DNA of 64,000 nucleotides from Chiloscyllium plagiosum. Its lineage: Eukaryota. The stretch spans positions 46,480,137-46,544,136 of the forward strand of contig NC_057719.1 in NCBI RefSeq assembly GCF_004010195.1, given 5' to 3'. Shown one piece after another: positions 37,990 to 52,627 of this stretch. The first letter of the stretch is position 1, and every line of letters begins with the position of its first letter. The notes beneath the pieces are model-generated. The model saw only the letters and a list, made by a program, of their open reading frames with translations. It was not told where the DNA came from and made no database searches. The translations under genes were made by a program, and so were the position numbers.

Positions 37990-40640
37990 GGGAACTGGAA
38001 TATGAAAATCTTGAACTTCAAAGAGAGATACAGATCAAACAATATGATTTGGCTACAGGAAGGTTTAGAGTGCAGAAGGAAAGAAGAAATAGTAACTCAG
38101 AGGATGATTCTGATTCTGGTGAGAGATTTGATGTAACTAAAAATCTATGCTCAGTGTCTAAATTTATTGAAGGTGGAGTTGAAAGATATTTCACATCATT
38201 TGAAAAGGTAACCAGACAGTCAAATTGAACAACTGATACTTAGGCCTTTTTGGCAGGTACAGCTATGTCTGTGATGCATATTTGTCAATAGAACAACCTG
38301 CAGATGATTACATTCCTATTACTTACTTGTGCTTTTACATTGATATTAGGAGGTATGTTATTATTTTCACATAGATTTTTTGAGAGATGTTGATGCCTCA
38401 TAGCTTTGCTTGGTCAGGTTTTAATGCAGTTATGCGCACCTCTTGATTATCCGGAATATTTAATCAACAGGCGCACTCCTGGTCCCATAGGCACCGGTGA
38501 ATAAAATGTTTGCTTTACTACTAACTGAATGTGTACATGGAGAGTACAAAACAGTCTCATTATAGAGGGTGGGGTAAAGTGAGGGGAGAAATTGTAGCTG
38601 TAGCAGTGAAAATAATCTCTATCAGAGGAAATTAATTTAATCCTGGCAATGACCTGGCTGGTTTAAAAGTTTGGGCTCACTGGCGGTGGAACAATCAGCA
38701 GAGATGAAAATAACTCTGATGTTTCAGGAGGAAGATGTTGGATTTTCTAACTGTTATATTAGATCCCAGGTCCATGCGAATAAACAGGAAGAAGAGGAGG
38801 CCATAAAAATGTAAGCTGACTTGGCAATTCAGATATCAGACATAATTTTTGAAAATTTAAATAAAAGGGTTGAAGGTATGAAGACTGAGGTAGTGGATAA
38901 TCATGCAAAAATTGTATTTACACTTAAGGAAGAAATAGGGATTGAAATAAAAGTTTCAGAACAAATGGAGAATGAATCAGAAATTGCAAATTCAAAAGTT
39001 GATCCTTCAGCAAACAGGATGCATAATGCAGATGTACTTAAAAGGTTTAATACCATGATTTTTTTGTTTTCTAGAAAACTATTAAAGTTTTAGACTTAGA
39101 AAAGCTGTTAAAGACTCTAATTAATTTGCATGAATAAGCCAGGAACACCTTTGACAGTTCTGTTGGAGGGGACATGTGTTCTGGTGAGTCACACCGGTAA
39201 GAAACAGCCGGGAGACGCAGAAGATTCCTCAAGACGTAATTTGCGAACAAAAGTTGTGACAACCAGAGAAGTACTTGATGATTGCCCATGAGCACTGGGG
39301 CTACTCCCTTTTTATGGTTTTCTAATAGTCGCACCCTCTCCCCGTTACATTAGCATAGACAATCGCACTAAGTTTATGTTATATCCCCTAACCAATCACA
39401 TTTTGCCACAATTGTCTTCTGGTATACAGTCAGTCTATCATGTTATGCCACAGTTATCTTACAACATTCGCTGTATACATTGCTTCATCATCTATCACAT
39501 GACAGGCGGTGCCATGCTCTACCGTGCTCCTGCCGCAAGCGAACTTAGGGGTGCAAAACAGACCTCACTATTGTGCAACATCCCAACACAAAGGGGAGAC
39601 ATCATACCCACTGTTACAATGTAACTTACTCATATTTCATATTCATAATACTCATATATTCCATACATGTTACTTATAAAACCACATCCTTAGACTCAAT
39701 GCAGAAAAACTAGCTCAGGTGAGAGAAGACATTAAACTCACGTTGGACAATTACATTATTGAACTGAGTAACAGTTGTTGAAGCTCACCTATTGTAAGAA
39801 TGCTGAAAATAGATGGGTTGCAAAGATTCTGCTTTGATCAGCATAGTCTAAACACAGCGGCGAATGCAGAGTCATGTTTTTCCATTTTTGATTAGGATTA
39901 CATTGAAAGAAGTGGACACACATGATTCATCACCAAAATTGACTCACTAAAAGGATATTGGCAAGTTTAATTGATCAATAGAACAAGAGCAAAATCAGTT
40001 TTCTAAAACCAAATGGAAATAGAAGGTCATGTCACTTGGATTGAAAAAGACACCAGCAACATTCCAATGATCAACCTGTAAAGACGCAGAGAAACTATTT
40101 AACTACATGGAACTATCAATGATCTGTTACGCTCAGGCAAGCCTGGGAAGAAAGTTTACAGCACTGGACTAAACTGTTTGATTGGTTACAAAGAGCTAAT
40201 TTAGTTATAAATCCAGTTGAAAGTGAGTTTATCAAAACATAAGTGACTTTATAGCACCTACAGAAATTAAAGTAAAATCTCATTAGATTTTCTTGTTCCC
40301 AAGATAAAACATGAACTTTATGAAATGTTGGTATGAGTGAATTTCATCACATGCTTGTACCAAACTTCAGTATTGTAGAGGCTTCTTTGGCAAATTTACT
40401 GAAGAAGGGTAGAAAATTTGAATGGATACATGAATATCAGAGTGTTTTTCACAAGCTGAAAGCTATGCTGACAAGTGTGCTGCTTTTAACATTTCCAAAT
40501 TATGAGAAGCCATTCAAAGTGGTTTTGATGTGGGTGCTGTTTTACTGGAAGAATTGGTGATTGAACAGCCTGTCAGCTACCTTGTGAAAAAACTGATCTG
40601 TCAGCTATCTTTCGAAGAAACTGAGTTCATGTCAATAGAA
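37990..40640 (+). mobile_element. Decayed Ty3/Gypsy LTR-retrotransposon internal region
   Basis: gag-like KFIEGGVERYFTSFEKV; protease-end EEINLIL(G)NDLAG (about 38625-38665, frameshifted); RT SSPIV.., FITKIDSLKGYWQV, MSLGLKKTPATFQ; RNase H VPNFSIVEASLANLLKKGRKFEW..PNYEKPFK. Confidence 0.85.
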
Positions 40641-40929
40641 ATATTTGATGGTGGAGATAGACATTGGGCAGAATCTTACCTGGCTCCGAACAATACGGGT
40701 TATGGTGAGATGCATAATAGAATTGGACAAGATGGTCATCTCAATGTCACAATCATCTCGCTGCAACCTACCCCCTTTTCTGAGGCAGTGTGATTGGATT
40801 CTCACCAGGGAGTGGTGGGTTCCCAATTGATACTGTTCGTTGCTTGTTAAATGGCTTGTTAACAGTCCAACTCACCACATGTTTGATCTTACAAAACTCA
40901 CTATACAAACTAGCCAGCAGGAAATCTCA

Positions 40930-43900
40930 ACATGGAAACTAGAGTAGTTTCTTAGGTGGGTTCAACCCGCTGCTTGTCCCAAGAGATCCATGTTGGCCAC
41001 AACTAAATTGCAGAGTCTGATCCACCAGCACCAGCTGTATGTATCCTTCCAGTACAGATGTTGACACTCCACTTTCAGAGAACCATCAACACCATCCTGG
41101 TATCCTTCAATGCACCAGCACTGTGCCCTGCATGGGCAGACTAGTCTAGGAGGGCACACTGATGGTATCTACCAGGGCTGCTCCTTTGCTCTTTCAATAT
41201 GCATTCACCTGGTGTCTGCAGACAAGCCCCCTGCATGCCTGCCTTATCCTGCCCTGCCTTGCATGGCATCTGTCACACAATCATGCAGATGGCAGTGCTG
41301 TGTAGCAGTGCTCAGTTAGGGCTCATGCATCCTGCCTTATGTCAGTCTGAATCGTTCCACAGAAGTTTGCAGCTTGCGCGTTGCCAAAAAATGATAAGAT
41401 TCAGCCCTAAGCATTTTCTTCCTGTTTGGTCTTGTTTATTTTGATGCCACCAGTGATCAGTGATCTTAGCTTCATGACTTCACCCAGCAGAACCAATTCT
41501 TTTCTGTTAGTCATAGATCACTTTGTGCAGTGACCATAGACCAAAATATTTGGTCAACTTTATGTAAATTTGCAGTTTTCCGACAAGGGCTTTGATTGTA
41601 AGAAATGCTTTAAAAAGCCTGTTGTCTGTTAAAAAAAATGAATGTTAGAGTAGAATTCAAACGGTAGAATATTTAGAATATTTTCAGTATTGTTTGAGTA
41701 TTCTGTTCAATTTTTATAGAAATCTTTCAAAGTGACAAACCATAACAGACCTTTTGACTCCATTAACATACTTTTGTTTTTAAAGCTAACTAACTCCTAA
41801 CATGAACCTTAAAGAAACAGAGCCTATGGTTTCTGCTAAGGGAGACTGTTTTGCTGAGTCCTACTTATCTCGTGCTCAAAAACATGCTGAACTCTCGGGC
41901 AAGTATGTGCTATACCCAGCTGTTTAAACAGCGATTAATTAAAACAATTCAGTTTGAAAAGTGATATGTCCCAACAGACTGTAACTATTTCATATTACAC
42001 ATTGAAAAAAAGATGCAGCAATTTTCTGGTATTCTGCACCCAGGAGGTTAGCAGACAGCATGCTGCTATGGTAGAAGGCATTGCAGAAAGCCACTTGGTA
42101 CTCACCTGATAAAAATGACTGAAGATAGATCTAGTGTTATCAAGATATAAACTTGCTATGTTTCCAGGTCCCAGAATCATGCATTCAGTTCATCCTGCCT
42201 TTTGTAATGAATGACATGAAGAAAGGCTTCAATGTAGTTAGGAATGGAGAAACATTGTGGAAATCAGACAGTGTTTGTTGACACCCCTTGCAACCCCAGA
42301 AACTATGAGTGGAATTCACTGCTCCTTTTAACATTACAGACAATGGTGAGAACATTGCGATGATGTGCTGAAAATGAAAAAAGAAATCATTTGTTTGAGA
42401 AAAATATTCTGTTTTCCCTATAAGGTTTAAACAGTTCTGAATCTCGATGAGTGTAAAGTACTTTATTTCCATGCATTTTAACTCATTACTAGGTGAACAC
42501 ATCTCATATCTATGCATCTCCCAATTCACCCATCCTTCCAAGAAATCAGAGGGGGGCCAATTGCTGACATGAACGATGCAGGCAGCTTGCTCCTGGTTTC
42601 TCTAGGCCTTCATACTCCTCCTCTTTCCTCACCACAATCTTCCTGCATGATATTTGGCCTCCATTCACTTCCACCCTTCATCCATGCAAGTGGGCATTGA
42701 TCAAGTGCCATCCTCACCACATCATCATAGCTGCTTTTGGATCAACTTACACACCACTTTCAGGACCTCACTGGTACTTCAGATTTGTATGCTTCTGCCA
42801 GGTTGTTTTGTGCATCAGGATACATATGCCTCATATATACACGCAATGCCTCTTATGGCTCATAGTTCACTTTCTTAGCACTCACTCACTTTGCATTTAC
42901 TTTGAGGCTGCCAGCCTCTGCGACTTATGTTGCTTTTGAGCACAGAGGGAGTAGGTGTCACAGTTTGGAGCAATGAACAGTCAAAAGAATGGACATGTAG
43001 CTGTATGGCACTGTGCTACATCAATGTCACACTAATAGCATGTGCCAGCAGCTTATGTGGCAAGTACACTGTATGTGCATCAACCAAAGGGTCATGTTTG
43101 AATGTCAACAATCTTCAGTGGCGTGAAAGACAAGGATAGTCAGGGGTCACCACCAAACCCAATAAAGGGGCTTGTCTGATTTCAGTTCATGGATTGGGAC
43201 ACGATCAGTCCTCAAGTCAAGTGCTACCACTCCAAGGATTGAAGGTGGGTCAGTTGGGTTCCTGTGGAGACATCAGTCCAGGGCCTAGACTGCACTCAGT
43301 GTGGTCTGTCCTGGGGTTTTGGGCATGATTGGTTAGGAAGCTCATCAGAGACAGTTTGTGAAACTCTGAGAAGAGCAGGTCTGGGGTTGTGATTCTGGGT
43401 CACTGAGACAATGATTATATTGAAGGGGAGCTCAAGATAGAAGGCTGGAATCAGCGAGCATTGGAATGGATAGGAACAGTAGGAGTAAGGGACGTATTCC
43501 AAGTGACAATCACCTTGGACTCAAAATGATGAGTGTGTACGGTCAACAAGGTCATGGCAATTTGTAAACCTATGAGATCGGGGGAAATTGAAGGCTTAAT
43601 GGTTATATAATGTGGGGAGGCTGAAAGGCCATCAGGGATGCAGGGATAGCAACATAAAAGAAAGCATGAAGGATGGGCTTTCCAACTTACACTTAAGTAA
43701 TGTTACATAGCTCATAGCTCCTTATTTAGGCATAACATTTACCCCTATGCAAAGCCTCTTTGGCAGATAGCGTCAGGGTACAATATGATGCTTCATTGTG
43801 ATTGGGGTGAGGGTTCAGGAGGACTGATACTGAACGGGTTCTATTTCTGACATTGCCCTCAGATTAATTAGCTCAAGCATTTGACATGGACCTTGCAGTT

Positions 43901-45330
43901 GGCACAGTTTTTGTGAGTTTGGTGAAGACAGTAGCAGTAACAATGTGGACAGCAAGCCCAGTAAGAACAGTACCCATCCAGCAACTGCTGCAGAGCCCCC
44001 AGAGTGCCCAGCTGCAGGTGAAGAGAATAAAGAGAATGACTGGATCCTGGATGTGCCCGTGCTTGCTGTTATTTTCCACAACTCTCAGAAACCCAGTGCA
44101 GATTCAGGCAAAGGGTGACCCGGGCTATCACCATGGAACAGTGGTATCTGCTGGAGCAAGGCATGCACCTCGGAAAGAATGGGTGGCCATCCCATCTCAG
44201 TGTTGTGAATGTTAAAGCTGCTGGAATTTATTTATAAGGAGCTCAACCCAAGGAGGCACTATGTAGAAAGGAACTATGTAGAAAGTCATAATGCCTGACA
44301 GACAATTCACTTGGCATGTCACTGGTGCCATCCTTCAATCCATGGGGACATAGGAACATAGGAACAGGAGTAGGCCATTCAACCCATTGAGCCTGCCCCA
44401 CCATTCAATACGATCATGGCTGGCTGAACACTTCAAAGCTTTTATCTCATTCCATTCTCATAACCCTGGATGCCACTGATCTTGGTTACCAACTGCCTCT
44501 GGAAACGCGGCCAGCATATTCTGTGCCTATTACTAATTTTGACAAAGTCATTACTGGCTGAGCCAAGAAATAGTCTTCTGTCTGAGAATGAGCAGATGCC
44601 TGAAAGTCAGCCAGCCTGGGCTTTCCTTCTTCAACTAGCTGTGGAGACATGTCAGCAATGTGTTGATCAGACTCTGTTGATGAATCTAATCCAGATAGAG
44701 TGCCTACTGAATTGAAAGTACCTGAGCTGATGGAAAGTGCAGGTGAAAACCTTGCCAGGCACACTCTGTGAGTTAAGTATCTTCTTCTTCATAGGTAGAT
44801 GTGTAATCTTGGGTCTCCAGTATTGACCTCTTTCTCACGATGGTTTGCTGGGTTGTGCTAGTCCATGCTCAAAAGAGGAGAGAAAATTAGCTGTGTGAAA
44901 AGGATAAAAGCTTGTGTGGGGTGAAGAATAAGTTAACTTTGGTGTTAATGGGAGGGCAGCACAGAACAATGAAGGTTATTTGGTTGGTTGCTCATGTAGG
45001 TCTCACTATCTCCATCAATAGTTGTGCGCTTCTCTTTCTAAATCATAAGGAGCTGGAAAGCTTATGTTGCCACCACACTATTATTAGTTTTTGCTCTCTC
45101 AGTTTGGGATGGAGACATTTTTCCTGCACTGACACAAGTCACTATTTATGTCCAGGTTGGCTGGATCTGAGGGTGTGGCCTTCTTTGGTGGTCAGCATGA
45201 GAAAGATGGTCCATCTTTCCACCACTCTGTCTGCCAGTGCTTCGAGATCCCTTTCTGCAAAGTGCACATTTAACTTCCTTTTCCAGGCCATTTTCTTTGG
45301 GGTAATGCTGGAGCACCAATGTGTGAGGAC
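40930..45330 (-). mobile_element. Cluster of old Harbinger-like remnants (Myb/SANT ORF pieces)
   Basis: KMAWKRKLNVHFAERDLEALADRVVERWTIF at about 45200-45300, with weaker similar pieces near 41.0-41.1 kb and 42.0-42.2 kb. Boundaries uncertain. Confidence 0.4.
44346..44480 (-). mobile_element. CR1 3' UTR stub
   Basis: acataggaacataggaacaggagtaggccattcaaccc. Confidence 0.8.
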
Positions 45331-45574
45331 CAGGTTCAGGTTTAGAGTATTAAAAGGGGTGCTTAGCTGGGCTTTAAAAGTGGCACCAGTGAGATGGACA
45401 TCACAATATCCAACAGTGGTGAGCACTTCCACTTCTCCTATGATACAATTCCACAAAATGGACTCCAAAGAGGACAGTTGTATAATTAATGAGCTGAAAG
45501 GTGGAAAACTGTGTGGGTAAAGTTGGCATGGGCCATAGTACTCCAGCCATCAGGAATCTCACTTCTAACTGCAT

Positions 45575-45735
45575 CCGAGAATCCTACGGCACAAAAGGAG
45601 ACCATTTGGCCCTGAACACCTGGGCTGGTTTCATAAACAGTGTCCAATTTAGACCGAAGCCTAGCTTTTCTCACATAGCCCTGCAGACTAGCCCTCTTCA
45701 AATACGAGTCCAACTGCCTTTTGAAAATTTTAAAT
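45575..45735 (-). mobile_element. CR1 3' stub
   Basis: Minus-strand FKRQLDSYLKRASLQGY plus 3' UTR. Confidence 0.65.
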
Positions 45736-48731
45736 TTTAATTTTCTAACCATTCAGGTTGTGCTAGCAGCTATTTTGAGATTTTAAGGAATGATAAAAAT
45801 CCATTTCATGAGTGCAATATATGTTTATAAATGTGTAGGATATAAAAATGTGTCGTATTTTACTGAGCCATCAATGTTCATTCCAATAGAAATATTATTC
45901 CAAGATTTAAATAGTGACCAAAATAAGCAGTCGGCATGTTTCAGGCAGCAAGCTTTTGTAGTATTAAAACCTTAAACTAGACCCAGTGCCATTTCAAAAT
46001 GTGGAGGTATCTTTTGTTGGCCATTTCTGAATAAAGTGTATAAATAATAGGAAGAGTTGCAGACAGATAAAGTGTTACATTTTATAGCTTCGGACTGACA
46101 CATTGCCATAAATTCCTGGCAGGAACTCATTATTTCTTTTAACTAGAGACAGCCCTTAATCACTCTTGAAATGAATTCAACACCATGACATCAATGCTGA
46201 GGTAGTGGATTCAATCTGCGAATTTCACTTGGTATTATTGCTGAAATTCCTTCTGAAAAGGCAAATGACTTGACTCAGATCTGCATGGAAAAGCTTTAAA
46301 ATATAATATCAGCAATAAATATTAAGGACTTAATGGGATTTTGAGTGGTTTTTGATGATGAACTGTCAGCATTTTCTGTCATTACCCTCTCAAAATCACT
46401 TCAGGAAATAACATAAATGCAGATTATTGAAAATTCCCAAAGTTCCAGTCTTGCCTCTCATTGTTCCCCCATTTGTTCCTCCTGCACCTATAGTCATCAG
46501 TGAGGTCAGCTCTTCTCTACTCTCACACCAGTTATGAATCTATTGAAGCTTAGACATTTTTAAAAGTCCGATTACCCAGTGATCGGTGATCTGTACATTA
46601 GATATTGTGGAACAACAGACCTAGCCTTGAGGTAAAATAAATTTGGACATTTTGCAAGTTTGTACAACACCATATTCAGGTCAATTACTGGATTTTTTTA
46701 AACTAAATCTTTAACAAATTCATAAAAGTTTTTTTTTGTGATGTTTCAGCTTTTATCTTAACCTATGCCTTGTCCCAATCTTTACTATATGTAAAATAAA
46801 ATTGCTTCGTAAATATTGAAATGCTTTTCATTTCTTGGCTAGCTGCTTATGGAAATTCTTTCATTTGATTGGCTGCTCAGCCTCTTGATAGCACTACTGT
46901 TCAGTGCTAAGATGGCTCATTAAAGAAAGCTGTAATCCACTACAAAGGTGACAGAGGTAAAGCTCTCGCCATACAGATTACTAAATCTCTCAGCAATGTT
47001 TTCTTAGAGACCTTAGAGTTCTCTTACTCTGGAAGTGACTGAGAAACCCAGGTCTCTGAGTTGGTAGAGCAGATATGGCAGCAACTTCTTAACATTGAAA
47101 CATTGATTGCTAGAGCTTCCTTCTTCAGTTACTTTCTATAGAGTAGCTCAGAATTTGCTGTACAAACAATAAGTTTAATGTGGCTCACCACCACCGAGCA
47201 AATCATCCATAAAAACAGTGAAGCTACCCAGGAATTTCCTATTGCCACAAGTTACTGGCCCTCAAATTCCCCATGAGTCTCATGAATTTGTTCCGTTTGT
47301 ACATTCATTTGCAATTATGTTGCTGCAGAAAGTCAGGATGGTATTTTATATTTGCCACTGAAACCATATCCTGATATAGAACAGAGTTTCAATAGTTCCA
47401 GCAACTGATCCCTTTCAGAAAGTCAATATATACATTATTCATTTAATTCTTAAGATGATCTTTACAGGTTTGTGCGTTTTATTAAACAGAGATTGTTGTT
47501 ATCCCAAATCTGACAATCAAATTTATGGTGTGATCAAGCTAAGGACCAGTAACTTTTATTTTCGAAACAAAGTGAAAGATCCCAGGGATTTACTAAGAGA
47601 GTAAAGCCACAAGATTGCACAACTTTAAACAATCAACAGTAAACTTATAATACATGTACAACTTCCTTTCTAACACCTAGACTTACCATACGGTAAATTT
47701 GGGTAATAGATTATGATTGAACATCCCACAGAGCACATCAAATGCAAAGAAGATCAATCCCACAAGTTTCTCCCCCCAGTTGTTAATGACGCGATGGGTC
47801 ATTAAATCTAATTAAACTTCACAAGGCATTTAAAATTCTTCACTTCGGCTGATCTGCTCTTGAAATTCTCTTTCGAAAATCATTCCATCATGAACTGCCT
47901 CAATGAATTCAAATCAATCACCCTTTTTTCCTGAGTCTGTTACCCCAGGACTCCAGAAACTGGGTTCCCTTACAGGCACAACCCTAACTTTTCTCAAGAA
48001 AACAGGCTTCACCCAGCCAGTGCGAGTCATGGATTTTTCTGAGTTCTAAGCTTGCAGCCAGGAGATATTGCTTATGCACTTTTCGATCCTTACTTCAGCT
48101 GTACTGAAGTATTAATGCTTACTGGCTCCTTCCAAGAACCTCAGGGCTTCTCCTCACACCTTCCCACTTTCCCAGCTCCTTGGAATGTCTGCATCCTGAC
48201 TCTGCTATTAGTTGTCCAATAATTCCTTGAACTTCCTCTCAGGTTCTAACAGCAAGAACTGTCCCCTTATTTTCGCTGCATCCCAGGTCTCCTACATTGT
48301 TCAGTGGCCCTCTTAGCAGTTCAGCTAAAAGCAACATTCCTAATATGGAATCTATTTTCAGTCCAATGTTTTCCAAATTTCTCCAACCCTCTGTCCTTTG
48401 AACACCTCTTCAGGACATAAGGGACCAGATGCCTAAGTGATCAATCAAAAGTCTGGAAATAGGCACCTCCCCATTGCTGGGCAGAATTTAATGTTGCCAC
48501 CTAGCAATTCTTGGACTGCCTGTATTACAAGTTTTACCAGTTTTGGATTGCTGGCTTGCTCAGTACAAACAATGGACACACTTAGAGGATTTAATCACAA
48601 TGTGACTGAGCAGAAAATGAATACAGACACAACATAGTCACTTAACATACCAGTAATAATTTATCTTTTCCTTTCTAGATAGCAATTATTTTTAACAACG
48701 TGGATCGCTTGTTGAGTATCCAAAAAGCTAG

Positions 48732-48861
48732 ATGGAGGTGGGTACTGTAGATGCTGGAGATTACAGTCAAGATGACAGTGGTGCTGGAAAAGCACAGCAG
48801 GTCAGGCAGCATCCGAGGAGCAGGAAAATCGATGTTTTGGGCAAACACCCTTCTTCAGGAA
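48732..48861 (-). mobile_element. PLE terminal-repeat insertion with perfect 14-bp TSD
   Basis: TSD atccaaaaagctag at 48718-48731 and 48862-48875; minus strand cCTGAAGAagggtgtttgcccAAAAcatc. Confidence 0.9.
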
Positions 48862-51764
48862 ATCCAAAAAGCTAGTCTCGCATTGAGCTACATAGTTTAA
48901 AAGGTTTGTCCTTCTGCTTTTACATTTTGTTAGTAAATTTTAAAACTTATTTTTGTCTCCTGGATCTTTCTGTCTTAATCCAATCTTACTCTAATTAACT
49001 TTCCCTGAGCACATGATTTTGTGTTCCAAAAGTCTAGCTTACACTTCCAGCTTTAGACACTTGGCGGGGGGAGGGGGGTGGGATCATCATGTTCCCATTT
49101 CCAGTGTGGTAGGGCTTGAATCTTCCTGACACATTTCCTCCCCCTAGTTTGGTTTTTTGAAGGTGGCCAGCATCAGATAAATCGCTTGTTCAGTTGTGGG
49201 TGGTAGCCAATTGAAATAATCAAGACCCCAATTATTAATACTCGCCAAACATTTTGCCTCTGTTGGACTGGTCTCCCGTTGTATAGGGAGTCACCACCTG
49301 AATGGAGGTAGCTTCCTTAGAACAGATTGGTGGCCCATCAAAGCCAGAGAATTCCTTTTCAAAGAGGTGGTCTTTGGCAAGGAGAGTGCCCACTAGCCAA
49401 ATGCTTCCACCAGAGATGTTATCTTTCCAAATCCTGAGAACTATCAGCTTGCCATCTCTGAGAGCTATTATTAAATTTATCTAAGCCAAAAGCCCTTCCA
49501 TTTTGATGTGCCCTCCCAGTCTATGAACATTCTTGAGCAGTGCCAATTCTCACACTGAAGCTGCCGTGACTGGGCATGCAGCAGCAGGAATCCATCCACT
49601 ATCCTTAATTGGACGACAGACTCACAGATCCCCAATAAGGGGGCCACCTCTGGGAAAATAGATCCTCTGATCTGGTTTCTGTCAGGTACAGGCCGAACAG
49701 TCAATTTTATCTTGACATCGGGATCTCAATGCCCTGTGTATCCTAGGAAGGATTCTGATTGGATAAGGCAATTACATTGTTGCTTGTCTTATTTAAACAA
49801 GGGGATTGTCAATTAGAGGGCAATGTATAAATATCGTTAAAAGGTTCGTGCTCACGTAAGTGAACTGAAGGTACTTTTCATTTGCAGCTGACCACAAAAT
49901 ACAGGCCAAAGGTTTTGTGCCCCAATGAAAGATGCAGCAAATTATGGTGTTAATTATATTTAGCAAGAGCACAGCAGTCATCACATTTTGTTCCATCAGT
50001 TTTATCAAACCATGGGCAAATGCCAAAGTAATGAATCATGGATAATTTTGTACCCTGGAACTAGGTTGAGACTATGCAGATTCATTTCACTGATATCACT
50101 TACTAATCATAAGTTAGAGACTGTAAATCCATCAATTTGAGCTAAGGGTGAAATATGAGTTCTATTTCAGTGTACTATACATGAAAAAATAATCAATCAT
50201 GTTTATATCTGCAATAGTATGGGGTAGAAGTTGACTCAGTACAACACGCACACCAAATGGCAGTTGTGGAGACTATCTAAAGAGCACCTGATGATTTCCA
50301 GAACTGATATTGGATAGGGCATGTTCTGACATCAGGGCAGCCAACATAATTAGGTCTCTAATGTATGCTAATTAGGTCAGTAAAAAATTCTTTGTCTCTG
50401 AAGAGAGAAACTGGGATGGTCTGATTGAAGCAGATTAAACCGTGCTCTGAACGGGTTTACAGTCTACCAAGTAAACCTACTCAGAGTTAAAATCCACCTG
50501 GTTATCTGCACAAACTCTGTAGTTTAACCACACTTAGCTTGGATTCCTTTCAGCTATTGACAGTGGGATTTAAATCACGCCTAGCCGATTCATTAACCTG
50601 TTTGCTGATTTTGGTCAGTGCATTTATCAACAAACCACAATCGTGATGTATTAATATGCACTTTGAGAAAGGAATATTTGTTTCACTTTCTCCGTATATT
50701 TAATGTACCAAGCTGGATATGTGTACAAAGATATGTCGTCTTAAATTAGCTTCAACTCAAATGCCTAATTACAGTTTTCAAATGAGAGTACAATCTTTGA
50801 GAGAGTCTGGATTTAGTTTTACCGAGTGTTCCTACGGAACAGTGCCAGATTTTAAAGAAAAGCTTGCTCAAAGAACATCTGGATTTTTCCTTAAAAAAAA
50901 GTATCACCAGGCATTTTATGGTGTCTATAATGTCAAAAATCTTCCCAAGTGTTTCAAAGCAGAAAAAGTTATCAGTGGCAGAAGTGAACTCCCAAGAGAA
51001 GCAAGACAAAGGAGTAATGATGAAAAGTTAATAATACTCTCGGGGCTATCAAAGATTTGGCTTCTTGGTTTTAATTTTCCGGTGTAAAGACTTAGTTGTG
51101 ATAAGCAACAAGTGCTTTCACTCACTGAGTGAAATGACCATTGGAATTAAGTTGCCAACTTTGCTTGGGAGAATCCTGAATTTGGCTATTTGTCTTCAGA
51201 GTGCTGTTGCTGGCAACTCTGGAGAAGAGTTCATCATAAGGTCAAGTCATGCGCAAGCATAGTCCGAGCATTAGCACTTGCAATAAGTTGGCTTCGCACC
51301 CTGCACCCCCCAAACCTGTTATAATTCCAGTTACATTGGTGCCAATTGGAAGAGGTTGCTTGGTTTGCCAAGAGTGCAAGGTCAGTGAATTTACAATGTG
51401 TGGCTGGTGGTTACAGAGCAGCTGTGGAGCAGGGAGTAGGAGAACGGATTGGAATGGAGGCAAAAGAATTTATATGAGACAGTTTTGCCAGGACCCAAGC
51501 TGGAAGTATCAGCAATTTTCTGAAGCTAAAAAGGAACACGTCAGTGTACTGCATGTTTGATGCAGCCAGTCTGCGGGGTAAATATATACCTGTCTGTTTC
51601 CTTTCACAATGCCACTTTGATTATCTTTAACTTGCGGGGGCGGTGGGGGGGGTAGTGGAATTACCATTTTAAAAAACTGTTGAAAAGAATTACATCGGGA
51701 CCCAGGAGAAATTGTTTTAATGCATGCTTTATGCCTGGGTGCCTTCATGACCTGAACACTACAT

Positions 51765-52627
51765 TCAATGACACTGAAGTTGGTGGAGTAATGGACAGTG
51801 TGGAAGAATATGGCAGGTTTCAGGGGGACTTGGATAAACTGCAGAATTGGGCTGAGAGATGGCAAATGGAGTTCAATGCAGATAAATGTGAGGTGATTCA
51901 CTTTGGGAAGAATAACAGGAAGGCAGAATACTGAGTCAATGGAAAGGTTCTTGGTAGAGTGGATGTGCAGAGGGATCTTGGAGTCCATGTACATAGATCC
52001 TTGAAAGTTATCACCCAGGTTGATAGTGCTGTTAAGAAGGCAAACAGTAAGTTAGGTTTTATTGATAGAGGGATTGAGTTCCAGAGCCGTAATGTCATGC
52101 TGCAACTATACAAAATGCTAGTGCGGCCGCACTTGGAATATTGTATACAGTTCTGGTCGCCCATTACAGGAAGGATGTGGAAGCATTGGAAAAGGTGCAG
52201 AGGAGATTTACCAGGATGTTGCCTAGTCTGGAGGGAAGGTCTTATGAGGAAAGGCTGAGAGACTTGGGTCTGTTCTCATTGGAAAGAAGGCTAAGAGGGG
52301 ATTTGATGGAGACATACAAGATGATCAGAGGATTAGGTAGGGTAGTCTTTTTCCTAGGATGATGGCGTCAGCTTGTACGAGGGGGCATAGCTTACAAATT
52401 GAGGGGTGATAGATTTAAGACAGGTTCTTTATTCAGAGAGTGGTAAGGGTGTTGAATGCCCTGCCTGCCAATGTAGTTAACTCAGCCACATTAGGGGGAT
52501 TTAAATAATCCTTGGATAAACACATGGATGATGATGGAATAGTGTAAGGGAATGGGCTTAGATTAGTTCACAGGTCGGCACAGCATCGAGGGCCAAAGGG
52601 CCTGTTCTGTTCTGTAATGTTCTATGA
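51765..52627 (+). mobile_element. CR1 LINE RT 3' portion
   Basis: DTEVGGVMDS..WAERWQMEFNADKC, QRDLGVHVH..LVRPHLEYC, VQRRFTRMLP; tail ttctgtaatgttctatg. Confidence 0.95.

Noticed and set aside
44912..45520. 202-aa + strand ORF
   Set aside because: No recognisable domain; lies antisense to a Harbinger Myb-like remnant.
50719..51087. 122-aa ORF
   Set aside because: Overlaps what looks like the antisense of a decayed L2-type tail (about 50900-51030); no domain similarity.
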